A stretch of 64,000 nt of DNA from Phycisphaerae bacterium (GCA_963666835.2 CAXXGO010000001.1:704001-768000); one strand, 5' to 3'. Counted from the first letter of the stretch, positions 47,265 through 58,500 are shown. The notes: generated by a model from the sequence alone, not told the origin. Numbers and translations are program-made.

Positions 47265-48926
47265 ATGGGCATGCGCAGAACCCCCAGGATCTACTCAAAA
47301 CGCTGCTGCCGGCGCGGTGGTTTCACTTTGCCGGAGCTGGCGGTCAGCCTGGCCGTGATGACGGTGCTGATGGGGTCCATGGCGATGGCCGTTTTTATCG
47401 CCACGACGGCCATGGGGGACGGTTCTTCCATGGCGACCCGGGTCGGCGAGGGTGCCGAAGCGCTCAGTTCTTTGGTGGATGAACTGGGCACCGCGGAGCA
47501 CTTGCTGGAAAGAACCGCAACCGCGATTGCCTTCACCGTGGCAGATCGTGACGGCGACGACGTTGAAGAGGTCATCCGCTACGAATGGTCCGGAACCGCC
47601 GGCGATCCGCTCGCCAGAACGTACAACTACGGCGATAGCAAGACCATTCTGGAGGACGTACACCAGTTTGACCTGGCCTATGACGTCAAGACGGTGACCG
47701 AAGAGTACCCCGGCCCGGTCGTCAAGAGCGCGGAGCAGGTGCTGGCCAGCCACGATGTGGGCTGGCTCCTGGATTATGTTGGAATCGGGCCAAAGGACTG
47801 GCTGGCCCAGGCGTTCGTACCGACGCTACCCGATGATGCGCTCGACTGGGCGGTTACGAGAATAGCAGTCTACGGACGCAACGCTGACGGATCGGCGGGA
47901 ACGCTACTGGTAAGCGCGTACCGGCTGGGCGACGACAACACGCCGACCGGGGACTCCCTGGAAGATGTTGAGATTCTATCCGCTACGTTGAGTGACAGCG
48001 CGTCCTGGATATGGGCACCTTTCAGCACGCTGACCGGACTCCATCCAGCCCAAAGTCTCTCGATCATGTTCAGTGGGGACCTGGACCACGTGGCCAGGAT
48101 TATCCGCGACGAGAACGGCGGCGTGCAGTGCTGCCGGACGTACAATTCAGGGTCGTATTGGTGGTGCTCCACCGACAAGTCCATACCCTTCTACTTGTAC
48201 GGCACGTATACCACTCCCGGGCCGGTGCAAACGGCCGTTCGGGATTACGTCACTGCCACGCGCATCTCGTTGCAGGCCGGATCGAGCGCCGGAGCCTATG
48301 TCACCACGACGGCACAGATGCTCAATCGTCCGGAGATTCTCACGGGGCTGTGGGAGACGGAGTTTAATGTCGATCCTACGCTTGATCACAACGGTGACGG
48401 CGTGGACGATTGGGTCAGCGGCGATGGGACGGTCTTCGCGGCAGGTGGGTTAGTGAGTGGACTCTGGACTCCCGCCAGATTCGAACTCGACACCTCCGGC
48501 CCGCACGATTTTACCGGCCTGACCACCCTGAGCACCCGGCTCCGCCACATTCGGGCCGCTGGCGATCCTATCACCATCGGGGCGAATGTCGATTGGACCG
48601 GCGGGACGTGTGCGACGATCAGCGCGCAACTGTCCTTGGAGTCCGACTCCACCCAGAGTCTGCTGCTCAGCGATAAGATCGATTCGGTTACCTCATCCAC
48701 GTTGGCCACGCTGGCCGGGCTGCCGGACGGGTTGATCGATCTTAGATTGGTAATCGATGCGGAGGCCGACACCGTGAGGTTGCAGGTTAACGGTATTCAT
48801 CGGGGGACCTTCGCCTATCACACTTATACGCCCAGCCATGACGATCGACAGGTGACTATCGCGGTGCCGGCGGCAAAGACCGCCGAATTTGATTTCTTCT
48901 CGCTGCGGACCGGGGAGGCGAAATGA
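47265..48926 (+). CDS. Prepilin-type minor pilin/pseudopilin (PilW/PulJ-like) with large C-terminal domains
   Basis: Class III signal RRGG|FTLPELAVSL. Confidence 0.8.
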   Translation: MGMRRTPRIYSKRCCRRGGFTLPELAVSLAVMTVLMGSMAMAVFIATTAMGDGSSMATRVGEGAEALSSLVDELGTAEHLLERTATAIAFTVADRDGDDVEEVIRYEWSGTAGDPLARTYNYGDSKTILEDVHQFDLAYDVKTVTEEYPGPVVKSAEQVLASHDVGWLLDYVGIGPKDWLAQAFVPTLPDDALDWAVTRIAVYGRNADGSAGTLLVSAYRLGDDNTPTGDSLEDVEILSATLSDSASWIWAPFSTLTGLHPAQSLSIMFSGDLDHVARIIRDENGGVQCCRTYNSGSYWWCSTDKSIPFYLYGTYTTPGPVQTAVRDYVTATRISLQAGSSAGAYVTTTAQMLNRPEILTGLWETEFNVDPTLDHNGDGVDDWVSGDGTVFAAGGLVSGLWTPARFELDTSGPHDFTGLTTLSTRLRHIRAAGDPITIGANVDWTGGTCATISAQLSLESDSTQSLLLSDKIDSVTSSTLATLAGLPDGLIDLRLVIDAEADTVRLQVNGIHRGTFAYHTYTPSHDDRQVTIAVPAAKTAEFDFFSLRTGEAK

Positions 48927-49486
48927 CCCGGAGCCGGCTCTGCTTAATGGGTTTGCCGCGACCGCTCAGGTGCCGCAGGGCACGCGGGCTGAGTATCGTC
49001 GAGGCCCTGGTGTCTATGGTGATCGTGAGTGTTATCGTCGTATCCGCCCTCGAGACCGCCGGGGCGATGAGTATGACGCGCATGAGGACGAGCAATCGAG
49101 CCCTGGGCGCTCGGCTGGCCGAGGATCTTATGGCGGAGATCTGCCGGCAGGACTATGAAGACGCGGATTTGGCTCCGGGCTCGTTCGGTCTGGGGGCCGA
49201 TGAGGTCGGCGACGGCAGCAGGCTCTTGTGGGAGGACGTGGACGATTACGACGGCTGGACGGCCTGTCCGCCCCAGCAGAAGGACGGCACTGAGCTACCC
49301 ATCTCCGACCAGTGGGCGCGGAGTGCGTCCGTACGATGGATCCTCCTCTCCGACGTCGGCAGCATTACCTCTTCGGACACGCGGGCGAAGGAGATTGTCG
49401 TCACCGTGACCTACGCGGGGACGCCGGTAGCGTCGCTGACGGCCGTTCGCGCTGCGGCCACGCGCTGGACGGAGGAGATCGAATAA
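48923..49486 (+). CDS. Minor pilin (PilV/PulI-like)
   Basis: ARG|LSIVEALVSMVI; ATGA overlap with the upstream gene. Confidence 0.8.
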   Translation: MTRSRLCLMGLPRPLRCRRARGLSIVEALVSMVIVSVIVVSALETAGAMSMTRMRTSNRALGARLAEDLMAEICRQDYEDADLAPGSFGLGADEVGDGSRLLWEDVDDYDGWTACPPQQKDGTELPISDQWARSASVRWILLSDVGSITSSDTRAKEIVVTVTYAGTPVASLTAVRAAATRWTEEIE

Positions 49487-50406
49487 TGAAGCGATCATCC
49501 TGCAGAAGGCGTGGCACCATGTATGTAATGGTGCTGATGACGGCCATGCTCGTGACCGTGATCGGCATCTCCGCGCTGGAGTTGAGCAGAATCCAGTTCC
49601 GCGTTCGGGAGCGTGAAAACGACGTGATTGCGGCGCGTTATCTGGCGCTGTCGGCAATTGAGGCCGGGTTCAAGAGCATTGCGGCCGACGCTGACTGGCG
49701 AACGACGTTCACGCATGACGAGTGGGAAATGCGGACGGAGTTGGGTGGAGGGGAGTTTGCCTGGAAGCTCTTTGATGTTGACAACGCGGACCTGGCCGCG
49801 GACGCTTGCAGTTCCGTTCGGTTGTTCGGACGCGGTGCCGTCGGCGATGCAGTTCGCGTGTATTCGGCGCTGTTGCGGTCGCCGCTTCCGGATGCAAACC
49901 TGCTGATAGACGGAGGGATGGAGGACCATAAGCTTGGCGGGTGGGATGAAGTAAGTTGCGTTTCAGGTACCGGTTGTGCGCTGGCGTCGGAGAAGAAGGA
50001 CGCACACGGCGGGACCCGGTTTGTCGAGGTCAGTTCCCGCAATAACGCCTGGTCCGGTCCGAGTCAGGATGTCTCGGCCGTCATTGCCGCTGACGTTCCG
50101 TATTCGGTTGCGGCGTGGGTCAAGTTGAGTTCGGCGGAGTACGTTCGGGTGACCATCTACGTGGATGGCAGCGGAAGTTCCGCTAAGGCTTACTCGACCG
50201 ACTGGGTTAAGGTGGAGACATCGTGGACCGAGGTGTCCGGTACGGTTACGCCGACCTGGTCCGGCGCTCTCGAGTTTGCATGTCTGTATATTTCGACGTA
50301 CAGCACGACGCAGGATATGTCGGTGGACGATGTGTCGATGATCGCCGATACGGGCGCGGGCGTTGCTCTGGTTGCCGGAAGTCTCCGCCGCGAACCGGAT
50401 TCATAA
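49486..50406 (+). CDS. PilX/PulK-like minor pilin with a CBM4/9-like domain
   Basis: RRG|TMYVMVL lacking E5, ARYLALSAIE, and NLLIDGGME...WSGPSQDV...YSVAAWVK; TAATG overlap. Confidence 0.72.
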   Translation: MKRSSCRRRGTMYVMVLMTAMLVTVIGISALELSRIQFRVRERENDVIAARYLALSAIEAGFKSIAADADWRTTFTHDEWEMRTELGGGEFAWKLFDVDNADLAADACSSVRLFGRGAVGDAVRVYSALLRSPLPDANLLIDGGMEDHKLGGWDEVSCVSGTGCALASEKKDAHGGTRFVEVSSRNNAWSGPSQDVSAVIAADVPYSVAAWVKLSSAEYVRVTIYVDGSGSSAKAYSTDWVKVETSWTEVSGTVTPTWSGALEFACLYISTYSTTQDMSVDDVSMIADTGAGVALVAGSLRREPDS

Positions 50407-50429
50407 TGCGCAATCGATCGGGTGACGTC

Positions 50430-50716
50430 CGGGTGGCCCCCGTTCTCCATCTGGGTGGCCCACCCTCTTTGAAGGTGGGGGAGCCGATGATCAACAACCC
50501 ACGGGTCAACAAGTTGTCCCATGCCACCCATGTAGCACTATCTGTAGGGCAGGTCGAGGAACGAGACCTGCCATCGAGGGTGGCATGGGCGAGCTTCGCT
50601 TGCCTGCGATGACGCGCGTTACCCGGAGGTGATCTAACGTTGATCGTGCGAGCCCGTTCCGCTTGCCCGTGACAAGGGTCGACGGCCGTGGGTGGCCCAT
50701 CTTCTCCGAAGGTGGG
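50430..50716. repeat. Single copy of the composite REP unit also found in tandem at 52871-53530
   Basis: Same module order: GGGTGGCCC hairpin, GGGTCAACAAGTTG palindrome, GTAG REP (50544), GATCTAACGTTGATC. Confidence 0.85.
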
Positions 50717-50767
50717 GAAGTTCCGCCGCAATTCGCGGTTCTTTCCGACACCCAGTGTTGCGCCGCG

Positions 50768-51067
50768 AGCCCCGCCAGGGGCGATAGATCTTCCAAGCCC
50801 GCGGCGTGAGCCGCGGGACCGAGCCGGCATGATCAACATAGCCCCGCCAGGGGCGACACCGGAATCAATGTGGTGTCCCACCATTCGGAAGTGTGTGCCG
50901 CGCCGGTAGCACCGTACACTCTGTTGCGAACGGCTGACGACGACACGCATAAGGTAATGGCAGCGTTATGGTCATCCGGTGCCGCCCCTGGCGGGGCTAT
51001 GGTTAGTTAACGCCGCATTCCCGTGGCTGACGCCACGGGCTAGACAGATCTTCCGCCCTGCCGGGCT
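50768..51067. mobile_element. ~300-bp symmetric (REPIN/MITE-like) element with nested inverted hairpins
   Basis: 50838-50863 and 50975-51000 form a 26-bp inverted repeat with one mismatch; outer hairpins mirror each other. Confidence 0.65.
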
Positions 51068-51491
51068 TTCGGTACTCATCGCTTACGTACGCCGGTTTGG
51101 CGTTTGTGAAGCTCCCCTATGTCCAGAGTGTGTTGCGTAGCACGTTCCGCCGCATATCGGAGCAGATGCTACGATCAAAAGGACATGGGCCACCGCGCCT
51201 GGTGACGGTCGGCGTATGCAGCCCCGACGCGGCGCGGTCGGCACAAACGGAACGACCGGAACGACCGGCCTGCCCCGCCCAAGCCGCACTCACCTGCCGG
51301 AGAAAGCAGGTTAACCCGCCTGCTGACACCGCATTCGTAGATACTATCGGACGGCCGTGCTCGTCGCGATCGTGCCCAACCTCGCCATCTCGCGCCGCCA
51401 CCCTGGCACCCGAACCTGCAGGACAGTACCGCGGTTACCGCGGGCGGCCCGGTGTTTGCGCTCGCCCCGATAATCGAGGGGGAACGGAGCG

Positions 51492-52889
51492 TTGGCGGAC
51501 TACGTTGGGATTACCGCATTATCACAGAAGCCGGCCGAACTCCGCGAAGACCGCGGGCGCAGCTTGTCTTGGGGCTGGGTTGCGGTGATTGTCGGAGCGG
51601 TTCTGTACGGCTCGCTCATTCCCTTCGAGATAGACCGCGCCGCGCTTGCCGCGCCAGGTGGGATCGGCTTTCCCACGTTGGCGTGGTCGTTCACAACCGT
51701 CAGCGATGTTATCACCAACTGGGTCGTGTATGTTCCGGTCGGGCTGGCCGCGGCACTTTGCGGGCCCGCGCGGCGGCGAGGGAGTGCCACACTTCTGGCG
51801 ATATCGCTGCTGGTCGGCGCGGCGCTCAGCATATTGGTGGAAAGTATTCAGACGGTGATTGTCGAACGGGTGGCCTCGTGGCCGGACGTCGGCTGCAACT
51901 GCGCAGGCGCCCTTACCGGTGGGCTGGCGGCGCTTGGCGTGAGGCGGTGGGGGACGCACGCGGCGTTGTGGGCTCGGCTGGCGCTGTGCGATCGGCCGTT
52001 TGCGGTCGGGGCAACCGTTTTGACTATGGGGCTGGTCGTTCATGGTCTGGCTCCGTTTGATTTCGTACGAACCACGGCCGGTCTTCAAGATTCGTTTCTG
52101 CAGGCCGATTGGGACCTGACCAGTCCGCGAACGACCGGTGTCGATAACGTGTCGCATCAAGTTCTGGGTGGCAAGCCGGCCGGGGCGGCGTGGTTCAGCT
52201 TACTGGCTTATCTTAATGCCTTTGCAAACCTGCAGCGCAGACGGCGCCCGATAATCGCGTGGGCTTCGGCGATGAAGCACACTATGGTTGTCATCGTGGT
52301 CCTCGAGTTCATGCGTCTTTTCACGGTGAGTCAGACGTTTGACCTGGCTGCGATGCTGCTGGGCTTGTCGGCGGCATTGTTGGGAGCGTGGCTTGCGGTG
52401 TTCCTGATTGACCCGGCCACGCACGGACGCTGGCGGGAAGAGATCGGACACGCTTTGCCCACGATTCTGCTGCCGGTTGTCGCGGTATTCCAGATCGGGG
52501 TTCTGCTGCTCGGGTCGGTGGATATGCAGGTGTGGTCTGCCGGGGGTTTCGACGCGGCCGTGATTCGTTGGCTGCCCTTCGAAGCGATGTGGCATGGTTC
52601 GATGATCCAAGCGGGGTGTGGAACGGCGACCGCCCTGGTGACTTTCGGAGTCTTGACGGTTACCGTTGGGACGGTTCTTTGCCGGGTTCGGGTCAGCCGG
52701 GCTTGGGTGGTTGCCGGCGTGGTGGTGACTCTGCTGGCAGTGTTTGCAGAGTATCTGCGGGGTGCCAGCGCCGTGGCCGTGCCGGATCTCACCGGCCCGG
52801 TCCTGGCCATGATTGCTTCCGGGTTGGCGATACGAGCAGTTGCGATGGTGAAGCAGGCCGCGCCCGATCGCCACGGGTCAACAAGTTGA
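51492..52889 (+). CDS. VanZ-like multi-TM membrane protein
   Basis: Motifs LYGSLIPF, DVITNWVVYVPVG and VESIQ..IVERVASWPDVGCN. The stop codon lies inside a REP palindrome. Confidence 0.72.
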   Translation: MADYVGITALSQKPAELREDRGRSLSWGWVAVIVGAVLYGSLIPFEIDRAALAAPGGIGFPTLAWSFTTVSDVITNWVVYVPVGLAAALCGPARRRGSATLLAISLLVGAALSILVESIQTVIVERVASWPDVGCNCAGALTGGLAALGVRRWGTHAALWARLALCDRPFAVGATVLTMGLVVHGLAPFDFVRTTAGLQDSFLQADWDLTSPRTTGVDNVSHQVLGGKPAGAAWFSLLAYLNAFANLQRRRRPIIAWASAMKHTMVVIVVLEFMRLFTVSQTFDLAAMLLGLSAALLGAWLAVFLIDPATHGRWREEIGHALPTILLPVVAVFQIGVLLLGSVDMQVWSAGGFDAAVIRWLPFEAMWHGSMIQAGCGTATALVTFGVLTVTVGTVLCRVRVSRAWVVAGVVVTLLAVFAEYLRGASAVAVPDLTGPVLAMIASGLAIRAVAMVKQAAPDRHGSTS

Positions 52890-53630
52890 CCCATGCCACC
52901 CATGTAGCACTATCTGTAGGGCAGGTCGAGGAACGAGACCTGCCATCGAGGTGGCAAGCCTCGCTTGCCTGCGATGGCGCGCGTTACCCGGGGGTGATCT
53001 AACGTTGATCGTGCGAGCCCGTTCCGCTTGCCCGTGATGGAACTTAATGGTCGTGCGTGGCCCGCCCTCTTCGAAGGTGGGGGATGAGATGGTCATCAAG
53101 CCACGGGTCAACAAGTTGACCCATGCCACCCATGTAGCACTATCTGTAGGGCAGGTCGAGGAACGAGACCTGCCATCGCGGCTGGCATGGGCAAGCTTCG
53201 CTTGCCTGCGATGGCGCGCGTTACCCGGGGGTGATCTAACGTTGATCGTGCGAGCCCGTTCCGCTTGCCCGTGACAAGGGTCGACGGCCGTGGGTGGCCC
53301 ACCTTCTCCATTTGCGTGGCCCGCCTTCTTCGAAGGTGGGGGATGAGATGGTCATCAAGCCACGGGTCAACAAGTTGACCCATGCCACCCATGTAGCACT
53401 ATCTGTAGGGCAGGTCGAGGAACGAGACCTGCCATCGCGGGTGGCAAGCCTTGCTTGCCTGCGATGGCGCGCGTTACCCGGGGGTGATCTAACGTTGATC
53501 GTGCGAACCCGTACCGCTTGCCCGTAATGGCCGGGTGGTCCGCCTCTTTAGAGGTGGGGGACTCAAACCGCGACAAAGGCTTGCGTCGCGCGCCGTTGCG
53601 GCAGGTCTCGTGCCTCGACGCTGCCCTACA
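52871..53630. repeat. Three tandem composite REP units (periods 230 and 259 bp) plus one inverted GTAG REP
   Basis: Units start at 52871, 53101 and 53360; GTAG REPs at 52916, 53146 and 53405; inverted copy at about 53600-53629. Confidence 0.9.
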
Positions 53631-53682
53631 CCCGCCTGCGGTGCCCGGCCGGTAGGATCAGAAGGACGCCCGGCCGGAGTGT

Positions 53683-54561
53683 CTACGAATCTTCGTACGG
53701 CTCAATGTGGACGAGGACGTCGGCGACCTCGGCCCATTTCTTCATGATCTGATCTTTAACTTCGTGCCCGACGGCATGGGCTTTGTGGACGGTCATTTCC
53801 GGGTCGACGTGCAGGTGCATGTCGATGTAGATCTTCGGGCCCATCTTACGCGCGAGGACCTTCTCAACGAGACGGACGCTGTCGACGGCCGATGCCGCTT
53901 TCTCGATAGAATCGACCAGTGACGTTTGCGGGGCGGTGTCCATCAGCTCTCTTATAGCGCTGCGAACGAAAAGCCCTGCGTTGGTTACGATCACTCCGCA
54001 CGCGGCCAAGGCCGCCCAGTCGTCCGCGGAGGCATATCCTTCGCCGCCGATCAGCGCAATCAGGATCCCAATTGCGGCGGCTGCCGACGTCATTGCGTCA
54101 CTGCGATGATGCCAGGCGTCGGCGTGGATGGCGGTACTGCCGATACTCCGGGCTACCCGGGATTCGTAGCGGTACATGGCCTCTTTGATGGCGATTACGC
54201 CCAGCAACACGACCAGCGTGTACGGTGCCGGGGTCGGATGCGGCGTGCCGATTTCATCGAGGGCCTGCCAGGCAATTCCCGCTGCGGCTAGGACCAGCAT
54301 GAGGGCTACGGCCATGGCTGCGAGGGGCTCGGCCTTACCGTGGCCGTACGGGTGATCGCGGTCGGCCGGACGAGCTGCGATTACCAGTCCGCTCCACACG
54401 ATGACGGAGCTGAAGATGTCTCCGAAGGACTCGACGGCGTCGGCAATCAAGGCGTTGGAGTGACCGACGACTCCGGTAAGGAGCTTGATGAGCGCAAGCC
54501 CGCCGTTGAGCGCGAAGCTGATCCGTGAAGCGCGTTGACCTTGTTCCTGTGGCTCGTCCAC
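53683..54561 (-). CDS. Cation diffusion facilitator (FieF-like) transporter
   Basis: Motifs SNALIADAVES, DRDHPYGHGKAE, ADAWHHRSD and DVLVHIEP. Confidence 0.9.
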   Translation of the reverse strand: MDEPQEQGQRASRISFALNGGLALIKLLTGVVGHSNALIADAVESFGDIFSSVIVWSGLVIAARPADRDHPYGHGKAEPLAAMAVALMLVLAAAGIAWQALDEIGTPHPTPAPYTLVVLLGVIAIKEAMYRYESRVARSIGSTAIHADAWHHRSDAMTSAAAAIGILIALIGGEGYASADDWAALAACGVIVTNAGLFVRSAIRELMDTAPQTSLVDSIEKAASAVDSVRLVEKVLARKMGPKIYIDMHLHVDPEMTVHKAHAVGHEVKDQIMKKWAEVADVLVHIEPYEDS

Positions 54562-54741
54562 CGGGGCAGGTTACCACGAGACGGCCGGCACTGCACGGTC
54601 GCCCGGGTGATTAGACACGACGGACCGGTCCGGCTAACGTGACGGTGCCGTGAGGGGAGCTCGGTGGGGGTGTCGAGGTTGGTGCAAGGACGTGATCTTG
54701 ATGGTGGATTAGACGTCGACCTCGGATCAGGTGTTCGGACT

Positions 54742-55416
54742 ATGCTTATCAAGATCTGTGGACTGACTACCGTTGAGGATGCGAAGCTGGCCCGGCAGGC
54801 AGGCGCTGATTGGCTTGGTCTCAACCTCTTTGCCGGGCCGCGACGGATTGATATGCGCCGATTGCGGCAGATCATCGATCATCTGGACGATCCTGCACCT
54901 GTGGTCGCTCTGGTGGGCATAGATGGCGACGGGGGCTATCCGGCAGTGCTTGCTGAGCTTCGAGAGAGCGGCGTCCGACATCTACAGGTCTACGGAAACC
55001 TGTCTGCGGACCATTTGCGTCGCCTCAGAGAAGATCAGTTTGAGGTGGTCCTTCCGTGGCCCGTGGCGGACCGAGCGTCTCTGCGCGATCTTGACGCGCT
55101 TCTGAGATCTTGTGGCGATGCAGCTCCGTCTTATGTCCTCCTTGATGCCCACGACCCAGACCGGCTCGGAGGCACCGGGCAGCGCGCCGATTGGGAGGCA
55201 ATCCGGGATGCGCGAGGCTCGGAGGGCTTCGGCGGGCAGGCTAAGATCATCGTGGCCGGTGGTCTTACTCCTCTCAATGTGGCTCAGGCCGTGCGGATGT
55301 TGGCTCCCGACGGGGTAGACGTCGCCTCGGGCGTGGAGTCTTCACCGGGCCATAAGGACGTCGACAAGATGGCGGCCTTCATCGCGGCAGCCCGTAATGC
55401 TGCCGGTGCTCTGTGA
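54742..55416 (+). CDS. trpF: Phosphoribosylanthranilate isomerase
   Basis: Motifs IKICGLT, GGTG, VAGGLTPLNV and GVDVASGVESSPGHKD. Confidence 0.93.
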   Translation: MLIKICGLTTVEDAKLARQAGADWLGLNLFAGPRRIDMRRLRQIIDHLDDPAPVVALVGIDGDGGYPAVLAELRESGVRHLQVYGNLSADHLRRLREDQFEVVLPWPVADRASLRDLDALLRSCGDAAPSYVLLDAHDPDRLGGTGQRADWEAIRDARGSEGFGGQAKIIVAGGLTPLNVAQAVRMLAPDGVDVASGVESSPGHKDVDKMAAFIAAARNAAGAL

Positions 55417-55465
55417 GCCGATTGCCTGGCGGGCCGCCGGCCATCTGCAACAGGAAGCTGGACCC

Positions 55466-55507
55466 GAAAAAGAGACCGGGCCGCCCTCAACGAAGAGGAC
55501 GGCCCGG
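55466..55507 (-). terminator. Intrinsic terminator of the 55564-60012 gene
   Basis: Minus-strand CCGGGCCGTCCTC-loop-GAGGGCGGCCCGG followed by TCTCTTTTT. Confidence 0.65.
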
Positions 55508-55563
55508 GTTCGTCACTCACTCAGGCTCGCAGCGGCAAGTGCCGGGGGCGGGCCTGTGTCCGA

Positions 55564-58500
55564 TCAGTGCCCCGAAGGTTTCGGCCCCATCAGGAACGGG
55601 ACGTTCGGGTAGACAACACCGGCATCGATCGCCAGGATCCGACCATCCCCGTTGATGTCGCGCCGCTCGTCATCAGCGGCATTCAAGGTCGGGACTCCCG
55701 TGTAAACCAAACCGGCATCGATCGCCAGAACACGGTTGTCGTCACTGGCATCACCCACGGCCACCGCGTAGTGAATCTCGAACGGCAACACATTCTGCCA
55801 GCCGCCGATGTTACGAACGGCGTACCACTTCTTGTGCTGCAGAGTGGAGCCGTTATCCCAGATCCGCAAAGTGCGCGGGTTGCCACTGCTGTCCGCCTCC
55901 ACCGTCATGCTGAACGCGCCCGACAGATCGGGACCAAACGCGCCACCGGGAAGGAGTTCCTGGATCATCACCTGTCCGGCGCCCGGTGGGGTGATGTCCA
56001 GATCGAAGCCCAGGCGTGCGATGTTGTGTGCTGACCGCCACCAACTGTGGTTGGGCTTCGGATTACTCCGAATCCACTCGGCCGGCTTCGTGGTCAACAC
56101 GAAGGCCATGTCCCAACGCACGGTCGGCGGATCCCCCAGGGGGTAACCCTGTTCGAACGTGTTACCGATCTGCGGAGCGTTCGGGACCTGGACTACCACG
56201 GCACTGTCGTTAAAGAAGTGCTCGCGCGTCTTCCAACCCCAGACGTATGGACCCGGGTCGGTCTCCTGGATGGCCGAGATGCTCACCCAGAAGATCTCGC
56301 AAGCCGGTCCCTGACGGAACCACAGATCTTCGGGAATGAGGAAGTCGTACCGGAAGCACGTATCGACCGGCGTACCGGGCACCGAGTCGCACCCGACCGC
56401 ACGCTCGTTGAGCACATCGCGCGAAACGCGCCACTCCCAGATCATCTCTCGCGGACGACTCCAGGGCAGGGTGGAGGACGCCGGCTCGTCGGTCCATATA
56501 CCAATGTGGAACGCAATGGGTGCGTTCTGCGGAGGCAAGTCTTCGCGCCAGCCGACATACGAGCCCCACCAGTGGATGTCGGTGATCGGGTGATCGTTCA
56601 TGCACGCCCAATCATCGGCCACGACGGCCTTTCCGTATGCCGACGGCTCATCCCAGCCCCAGAAACATACGGAAGGAGAGTCGGGGTTAAAGGTCGGGGG
56701 TTGTGCCCATTTCAACGGGTGACAAATCCGGTCGTCACAGGTCGTCCCGGGCCCCTGCGGATCTCCACGCCTCAACACGCAGTCCGTATGGGTCAGTTCG
56801 ACGCAACTGCCGTCACGCAGACAGCACGCCTGGATCAGTTGCAGATCCTCGCAGGCGTCATCGACTCCGTTTTGGTTCCAATCGCCCAGGCAATACGGAG
56901 CATTCCACGGGGACGGTACTCCGCCGAGATCGTCACAGCAGAGCGGATCGACTTCCGTGCAGCCGCCGTCCGGCAGGCAACACGCGATCGTGTAGTCCAC
57001 GCAGGCCGTGTTGGGTCCCTGCCGAACGCCACCGAGGTCATCGCAGCAGAGCGGGTCGAGATCCAGACAGACCCCGTCCTCCACGCAGCACGCTTCGACT
57101 CGTGTGCAAACGGTGCCCGGACCCTGCGGAGTTCCGCCGCGATCCTCACAGTCCTGCGGAGTGAGTTGTACGCAAGTACCGTCATCCAGGCAGCAGGCTT
57201 CCTTCGCCATGCACACGCACTCGTAGTACTCCGCCTCGGGCAAGACCGTGACGGTCATTTCGCAGATTTCCGCGGTATTCGGGCAATCTCCGGTGCAATA
57301 TGGTTCTATAGTAAGGGCTTGCTCAACGTGGCAGTAGCCCCGGTCGATGCACTCACATTCCACGATCTCCCATGGCGAGGGGGGCGGCGGCAGAATGTGG
57401 ACAACCTGGATAATCCGGAATCCGGTCGGCTGATTCTCCACGTCCAGAAGATCGACGCCGTTCCAATCACCAGGGGTCTCGAAAGAGCTGCCGAGCGGCG
57501 GAATCGCATAAAGGCCGCCGGCCAGCAGCGGAATCGGCTCACGGTTCCACAAACCGCTCACACCCTGATCCGGAAGGTCGATCTCCACGAAGACATCGAA
57601 GAAACTCTCCGCCGGGAAGTCCGTACCCGGCAAGTCGGCTCCGACAACCTTGCCTACGCTCGGACGCTCGTTCGGGGCCAGGCGGATCATGGCCGGCTGG
57701 CTTGCCGGACCGAGTGCCGACAGATCCATCTGGACAATCTCGGTATCGATGACGCGGTGAGTACCCACATCCTCCGGATCGCTACGGCGTACCACGGTCA
57801 AGTTCGGCTCTTCTCCCGTGATCTCGAAAGCTGCTACCCCGCCGGTAGGGCTCTGGATTACGACAACTCCGGTAGTCGGGGACAGAACGTCCTCTCCTGC
57901 CGGTGGGAACTCCGTTTCGGGCAGATCATGCCTGATTACCTTCGGCAGGCATATCTGCATTGGGTCGGGACATTGGATGTTGAAACACGCAGTTCCATCC
58001 AGATTGGGCTCGCAATCCGGCGGCACATCTTCGCACGCGTCATCCCATCCGTTCTCGTTCCAATCGCCCAGGCAGTGCTCCGAACCCCAGGGAGATGGGA
58101 TCCCGCCGAGATCGTCACAACAGAGTGGATCGACCTCGACGCACTCGCCCTCCGCCAGGCAGCACGCGACCGTCATGTCGACGCAGGCCGTGTTGGGCCC
58201 TTGCCGAGTTCCGCCAAGCTCGTCGCAGCACAGCGGATCGACTTCCACGCACACGCCGTCATCGATGCAGCAGGCCTCAGGCTGAGTACAGAGAGTGTTC
58301 AGACCCTGCGGGATTCCCCTGCGGGCGATACAATCATCCGGAAGCAGATCCAGACAGGTGCCGTCCTCCAGACAGCAAGCCTCCGGACGCGGCTCCGGAA
58401 CACAAACGCACTCAAAGAGGTCGTCGATACCGTCGTCATCGACGTCTGAGACGGTCATCTCGCAGATCTCTTCAGGTGGGCAGTCGCCAGTGCAGTACGG

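Noticed and set aside
56047..58449. 800-aa plus-strand ORF (also 8860-10857, 11012-12178, 44972-46207, 60669-61652)
   Set aside because: These are antisense shadows of well-supported genes in GC-rich or repetitive DNA, with no recognisable motifs.
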